Origin: an uncultured virus (IMG/VR IMGVR_UViG_3300035145_001531)
Lineage: Duplodnaviria > Heunggongvirae > Uroviricota > Caudoviricetes
Length of the DNA: 20,000 nt
Direction: 5' to 3' (one strand)
IMG/VR virus record: IMGVR_UViG_3300035145_001531
This document shows, one piece after another, positions 16,729 to 20,000 of the stretch. Each line of letters begins with the position of its first letter. The stretch's first letter is position 1. Under the pieces are notes generated by a model. It was given only the letters and a program-made list of their open reading frames with translations, was not told where the DNA came from and made no database searches. Made by a program: the position numbers and the translations under genes.

Positions 16729-16755
16729 AAACTTTTTTCGATTAACTACTATAAC
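16729..16755 (+). promoter_or_regulatory. Bipartite promoter-like motif AAAC-N6-CG-N9-TATAAC (copy 2)
   Basis: AAAC 16729-16732, CG 16739-16740, TATAAC 16750-16755. Heads the accessory block. Confidence 0.65.
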
Positions 16756-16781
16756 TCGTAAACAATAATTAATTTAGGTTT

Positions 16782-17102
16782 ATGATTACCAGTACTATTT
16801 CGCAATACGACAGTTCAACTCTGACTTCGGCAGCTTACAACTATAAGCACAAAACTCTGACAGTACATTTTAACCACGGTTCATATCTGTACAAAGATGT
16901 TGAAGCTGCTGATTGGAATCTATTTAATCTGGCAGAATCTCAAGGTAAAGCTCTCAATCAATTTATTAAAGGTAAATATGATTATGAAAAGCTAAATGTA
17001 AATGAAATTAAGACAGATCTTAGTGGATTGGTTGAAAATATCACAGCACCAGGTAGTCTATTAAATGAATTACCTCCTTCAGACTATCAATTAGATAATT
17101 AA
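16782..17102 (+). CDS. KTSC domain protein
   Basis: SSTLTSAAYN...LTVHFNHGSYLYKDV...F..AESQGKALNQFIKGKY matches the KTSC pattern. Confidence 0.85.
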   Translation: MITSTISQYDSSTLTSAAYNYKHKTLTVHFNHGSYLYKDVEAADWNLFNLAESQGKALNQFIKGKYDYEKLNVNEIKTDLSGLVENITAPGSLLNELPPSDYQLDN

Positions 17103-17103
17103 T

Positions 17104-17202
17104 ATGGAAAGATTAAAACAAATTTGGACCTATATGAAATGGTTAGAAGAGCAGAGAATGAAAGCTGCTATCTATTCGTGTAGTGCAGGCCCTTTAATGT
17201 AA
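17104..17202 (+). CDS. Small hypothetical peptide (32 aa), not in the ORF track
   Basis: MERLKQIWTYMKWLEEQRMKAAIYSCSAGPLM*. Starts 1 nt after the KTSC stop and fills the gap. Confidence 0.55.
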   Translation: MERLKQIWTYMKWLEEQRMKAAIYSCSAGPLM

Positions 17203-17237
17203 TAGTGTTCTTTAGTTCGCAAATAAAATCTAATATT

Positions 17238-17645
17238 ATGGAACAACTATTATTTTTTGGTTTAGGTGTTTTGGCGGTGCTAGCTTTTGCTGGTGTTGTC
17301 ACAATGTTTAGGTCACAGAAGCAGATTGTCGACATACAATCACAAATTGACACTATTGAAAGACATATTGATAGTGTAGAGTCAAGAATCGATCAGGAGA
17401 TCGGTAAAGCGTATGACCATACCGAAGGTGTGGAATTCCGCTTAACAAATGAACTAGAGAAACTATATAAATACATAGACTCTAGAACAGATAAACTTGA
17501 GGATGGCGTCTCAAAACAGATTGCATTATTGCATGAAATTATAGACGACCATAATGCCAAGTTTAATGATAACACGGCGTTTGTCGACGGTATCTTTCAC
17601 ACCGTTGATAAACTAAAACAAAAAGTGAAAGAAACAATTAAATAA
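17238..17645 (+). CDS. Membrane-anchored coiled-coil protein (135 aa)
   Basis: N-terminal hydrophobic helix LLFFGLGVLAVLAFAGVVTMF followed by heptad-like helix. ATG 17238 preferred over GTG 17205. Confidence 0.75.
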   Translation: MEQLLFFGLGVLAVLAFAGVVTMFRSQKQIVDIQSQIDTIERHIDSVESRIDQEIGKAYDHTEGVEFRLTNELEKLYKYIDSRTDKLEDGVSKQIALLHEIIDDHNAKFNDNTAFVDGIFHTVDKLKQKVKETIK

Positions 17646-17669
17646 TTTAAACTAGAACTAAAGAGCACA

Positions 17670-17754
17670 GGAGAGGTGGCAGAGTGGTCGAATGCACCGG
17701 TCTTGAAAACCGGCGATCTTCACGGGTCCGGGGGTTCGAATCCCTCCCTCTCCG
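17670..17754 (+). tRNA. tRNA-Ser, anticodon UGA; CCA not encoded
   Basis: Acceptor stem GGAGAGG/CCTCTCC, D-arm with GG, anticodon stem CCGGT/ACCGG with loop CTTGAAA (TGA at 17704-17706), long variable arm, T-arm GGGGG-TTCGAAT-CCCTC, discriminator G followed by CAA. Confidence 0.96.
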
Positions 17755-17767
17755 CAAAATTAAAATT

Positions 17768-17968
17768 ATGAAGAAGTTTTATAGAAGTTCAACAAATAGA
17801 AAATTAAGCGGCATCTGTGGTGGCCTAGGTGATTACACTAACTCAGATCCTATCTTATGGAGACTTCTCTTTGTGATCGGATTCTTTATCCCTTCTATTC
17901 CAATTCTAATATTATACCTTATTTTTACGTTAATTACAGAATCTAATGAAAACATTACCGACATTTAA
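17768..17968 (+). CDS. pspC: PspC-domain membrane protein (66 aa)
   Basis: KKFYRSSTNRKLSGICGGLGDYTNSDPILWRLLFV...LYLIF matches the PspC signature (YRS..R..GVCGGLA.Y...D...VR). Start moved to ATG 17768, downstream of the tRNA. Confidence 0.85.
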   Translation: MKKFYRSSTNRKLSGICGGLGDYTNSDPILWRLLFVIGFFIPSIPILILYLIFTLITESNENITDI

Positions 17969-18257
17969 AGATCTAAAATTTATATCTCGCAATACTGGGG
18001 GCTGGTCAGGTTTCTATATCTTTGAGAATGGTTACAGGCTTTCTGTCGTTTGCGGTGAGGCAATGTATTGTACACCTAAAATTAATCTACCTAATCCTGC
18101 AGATTATTCTGCATTTGAAATTGCAGTCTTGGGACCTGATAATGAATGGGCCACTAAAGAGTTCTTTCCTGAACATGAAGATGATGTTGTAGGTTGGCAG
18201 TCTTTAGAAGAGATTACAGACTTAATGGTAAAGATTGCAGAACGTTCTAATCCTTAA
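17946..18257 (+). CDS. Hypothetical phage protein (103 aa)
   Basis: FENGYRLSV...FEIAVL...VVGW pattern resembles small phage proteins of unknown function. Overlaps the upstream gene by 23 nt. Confidence 0.75.
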   Translation: MKTLPTFKDLKFISRNTGGWSGFYIFENGYRLSVVCGEAMYCTPKINLPNPADYSAFEIAVLGPDNEWATKEFFPEHEDDVVGWQSLEEITDLMVKIAERSNP

Positions 18258-18267
18258 ATTATTAATA

Positions 18268-18513
18268 ATGACAAAAGCAAGTATTGTACAAAGATTATTG
18301 GAAGAAGGTCAAATTACTGCAGAAGAGGCTGTGGTATTACTGTCTTCTACTGATCTAGGCCACAATTACCACCTTACGCCAGTTAATCCATACTGGCCTC
18401 CCTACAACCCAACAGTTGAACAACCATTTTGGTACACTACATCTACAGATAATATCAAACCAGAACCCTTTGAGTACCCAGACACAAAATGGCCTGGCGA
18501 GAAGAATTCTTAA
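18268..18513 (+). CDS. Hypothetical protein with SHOCT-like N-terminal helix pair and Pro/Tyr-rich tail (81 aa)
   Basis: IVQRLLEEGQITAEEAVVLL. ATG 18268 preferred over TTG 18235. Confidence 0.65.
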   Translation: MTKASIVQRLLEEGQITAEEAVVLLSSTDLGHNYHLTPVNPYWPPYNPTVEQPFWYTTSTDNIKPEPFEYPDTKWPGEKNS

Positions 18514-18530
18514 TATTATTTAATTACTTC

Positions 18531-18698
18531 ATGAAAAAGTCGCAAAAGCCTTTCGACTCTCGAGATAACGATGAGGATCGCAAGCGTAAGCTTAACTTTA
18601 AAAAGAAGAAGCAACGCAACAAGGAGCGCAATATGAATTTTAAAAATGTCAGATCGATGCAAGATCTAGACGAATTTGAAGATGAATATAATTTCTAA
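18531..18698 (+). CDS. Small highly charged hypothetical protein (55 aa)
   Basis: MKKSQKPFDS...RKRKLNFKKKKQRNKER...DLDEFEDEYNF: basic middle and acidic end. ATG 18531 avoids overlap with the previous gene. Confidence 0.65.
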   Translation: MKKSQKPFDSRDNDEDRKRKLNFKKKKQRNKERNMNFKNVRSMQDLDEFEDEYNF

Positions 18699-18930
18699 AA
18701 ACCCACTCATCATAGACTATTCACATTTAAGTGAAGAGGGCTTTATGTGGATGCACGTCACTCCTATTTTGGTGGACCCTGACGACATCTCGAAAGGAGT
18801 CTATGGATTATGCAGAGCAGGCGCGTTCGGACGACTGGTACACATCCTAACAAGAGAGGGAGCTCCTGAACCTACCATTGTTAAAATCATAAATGATGCA
18901 GAAGCAGAACTTACATACTGTCTCGAGTAA
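18682..18930 (+). CDS. Hypothetical protein (82 aa)
   Basis: ORF tightly packed on the coding strand; ATG at 18682. Confidence 0.6.
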   Translation: MNIISKNPLIIDYSHLSEEGFMWMHVTPILVDPDDISKGVYGLCRAGAFGRLVHILTREGAPEPTIVKIINDAEAELTYCLE

Positions 18931-19004
18931 TAACGATCACGTGTATTGGGAAGACTCTTGGAATATATACAATTCGGAGGCATCTCAAAAATGGAACGGA
19001 GAAT

Positions 19005-19541
19005 ATGAAGACTAAACATTGGATTAGTATTCTAGTCTTACTTCTTTTAGCACTGTTGATTTATCTTTCAACTAGGCCTGAGCGTAAATTTGAAGACTAT
19101 AATTTTAATAACAAGAACGCAGTATTCAATCTAGCAGAACCTGCATATTTAGACACTATTGTACAAGTAGGTCTAGACCGTATGATGCTAGAAAATGTTG
19201 TAGTCATTATTAAGAATCAGACTGAAGCACAGTCTTTAGGCGGAGAATACGAAACCGAGGCATATATTAAAACCAATGGTCAACAATATGTTATTTGGGT
19301 CAAGCCTGGTATTAAAAGATCAAAGGCAATTAATACTCTAGCCCATGAGTTAATCCATCTACAGCAGTATCATGCAGGGTGGTTACGTCCACTTGGAGGT
19401 AAGTCTGTAATATGGAAAGGCGATACTATCTACGATATTACTGAGATAGAATATCCAAATAGACCATGGGAAGCTGATGCGTTTAAGCACGGGCCTAAAC
19501 TAGCGGCTAATATCAAGGAAGTTCTTTGGCCGGCTGAATGA
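19005..19541 (+). CDS. Membrane-anchored or exported zinc metallopeptidase-like protein (HExxH)
   Basis: N-terminal hydrophobic helix, LAHELIHLQQY zinc motif, and downstream YPNRPWEADA (candidate third ligand Glu). Confidence 0.75.
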   Translation: MKTKHWISILVLLLLALLIYLSTRPERKFEDYNFNNKNAVFNLAEPAYLDTIVQVGLDRMMLENVVVIIKNQTEAQSLGGEYETEAYIKTNGQQYVIWVKPGIKRSKAINTLAHELIHLQQYHAGWLRPLGGKSVIWKGDTIYDITEIEYPNRPWEADAFKHGPKLAANIKEVLWPAE

Positions 19542-19567
19542 AACAAGTCACGTTAACTCTCTATAAT
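19541..19567 (+). promoter_or_regulatory. Bipartite promoter-like motif AAAC-N6-CG-N9-TATAAT (copy 3)
   Basis: AAAC 19541-19544, CG 19551-19552, TATAAT 19562-19567, 17 nt before the glycosylase ATG. Confidence 0.65.
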
Positions 19568-19584
19568 AACTAAATCAGTTTATT

Positions 19585-20000
19585 ATGCCAGAGTTAGCGG
19601 AACTCAAATTTACAGCAGACTACGTCAACCAAGTATCAGAGGGTCAAACCTACGTGAGAGTGGAGAAGAATCCAATCCATAAATGTGAAGACCTAAATAT
19701 TCCATTTGAAAAATTTAAAATTAAAGCTGTCTCTAAAGGTAAAGAGATGGTACTTTACTTTTTAGATAAACATTCAGACCAATACATCCCTGTAAGAATC
19801 ACGATGGGTATGTCCGGACATTTTAAACTGACTAATACCGGACAAGAGCCAAAACATTCACACCTAAAATTTCATAGATCTGACGGTACTACAATGTCCT
19901 TTGTAGACGTCAGACGTTTTGGCAAGTGGAAGCAGGGTGTAGCATGGTCTGATAACAGAGGCCCAGATCCAACGACAGAGTACGACCTTTTTTGGAAGAA
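19585..20000 (+). CDS. Fpg/Nei-family DNA glycosylase/AP lyase (NEIL1-like), 3'-truncated; not in the ORF track
   Basis: Hand translation: MPELAELKFTADYVN...SKGKEM...MGMSGHF...PKHSHLKF...FVDVRRFGKW...RGPDP. Catalytic Pro2-Glu3 and the GK lysine are present. The frame is open to the window end. Confidence 0.92.
   Translation, partial: MPELAELKFTADYVNQVSEGQTYVRVEKNPIHKCEDLNIPFEKFKIKAVSKGKEMVLYFLDKHSDQYIPVRITMGMSGHFKLTNTGQEPKHSHLKFHRSDGTTMSFVDVRRFGKWKQGVAWSDNRGPDPTTEYDLFWK

Noticed and set aside
17466..17473. TATAAATA inside the membrane-protein CDS
   Set aside because: Lacks the GA prefix of the other copies and is explained by LYKY codons.
17684..17767. N-terminal extension of the 94-aa ORF (MVECTGLENRR...)
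   Set aside because: It is a translation of the tRNA-Ser gene; the real CDS starts at ATG 17768.
118..19019. Short minus-strand and nested alternative-frame ORFs (e.g. 118-327, 716-988, 6815-7078, 16209-16406, 18801-19019)
   Set aside because: They overlap well-supported plus-strand genes and show no recognisable motifs.
1..20000. Stop-codon reassignment
   Set aside because: Genes are full length under the standard code; TAG (13100) and TGA (19539) end genes at sensible positions; the tRNA anticodon UGA reads Ser UCA and is not a suppressor.
1..20000. CRISPR array, IS element or DGR repeat pair
   Set aside because: No regularly spaced non-coding repeats, transposase or reverse transcriptase seen. 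The only long repeats are in-frame within the TMP and differ largely at synonymous sites.

Overview
AT-rich, densely coding, all-plus-strand segment of a large T4-related (myovirus-type, probably jumbo) dsDNA phage. A Bacteroidota host is suggested by the mostly SD-less, A-rich start contexts and an intergenic TAnnTTTG element (inference). Gene order: replication block (gp44-like clamp-loader ATPase, 5'-truncated; T4 RNase H-like 5' nuclease; small ORF; probable gp62-like subunit; hypothetical), then morphogenesis block (gp14-like neck protein with extra domains, TerS, TerL, tail sheath, tail tube, RHH-like protein, two overlapping tail-chaperone-like ORFs, tape measure protein), then an accessory block (KTSC protein, small and membrane proteins, tRNA-Ser(UGA), PspC-domain protein, SHOCT-like protein, HExxH metallopeptidase-like protein, and a 3'-truncated Fpg/Nei glycosylase that resembles animal NEIL1). 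Main points beyond standard annotation: (1) a candidate +1 programmed frameshift between the chaperone ORFs, with a prfB-like GGAGAA-CUA-CUU-UAA site; (2) three distinct promoter-like motif classes, including a fixed-spacing AAAC-N6-CG-N9-TATAA motif found three times; (3) a NEIL1-like glycosylase; (4) a possible phage-borne Psp-like envelope module. All family calls come from motif recognition by eye; no searches were run.
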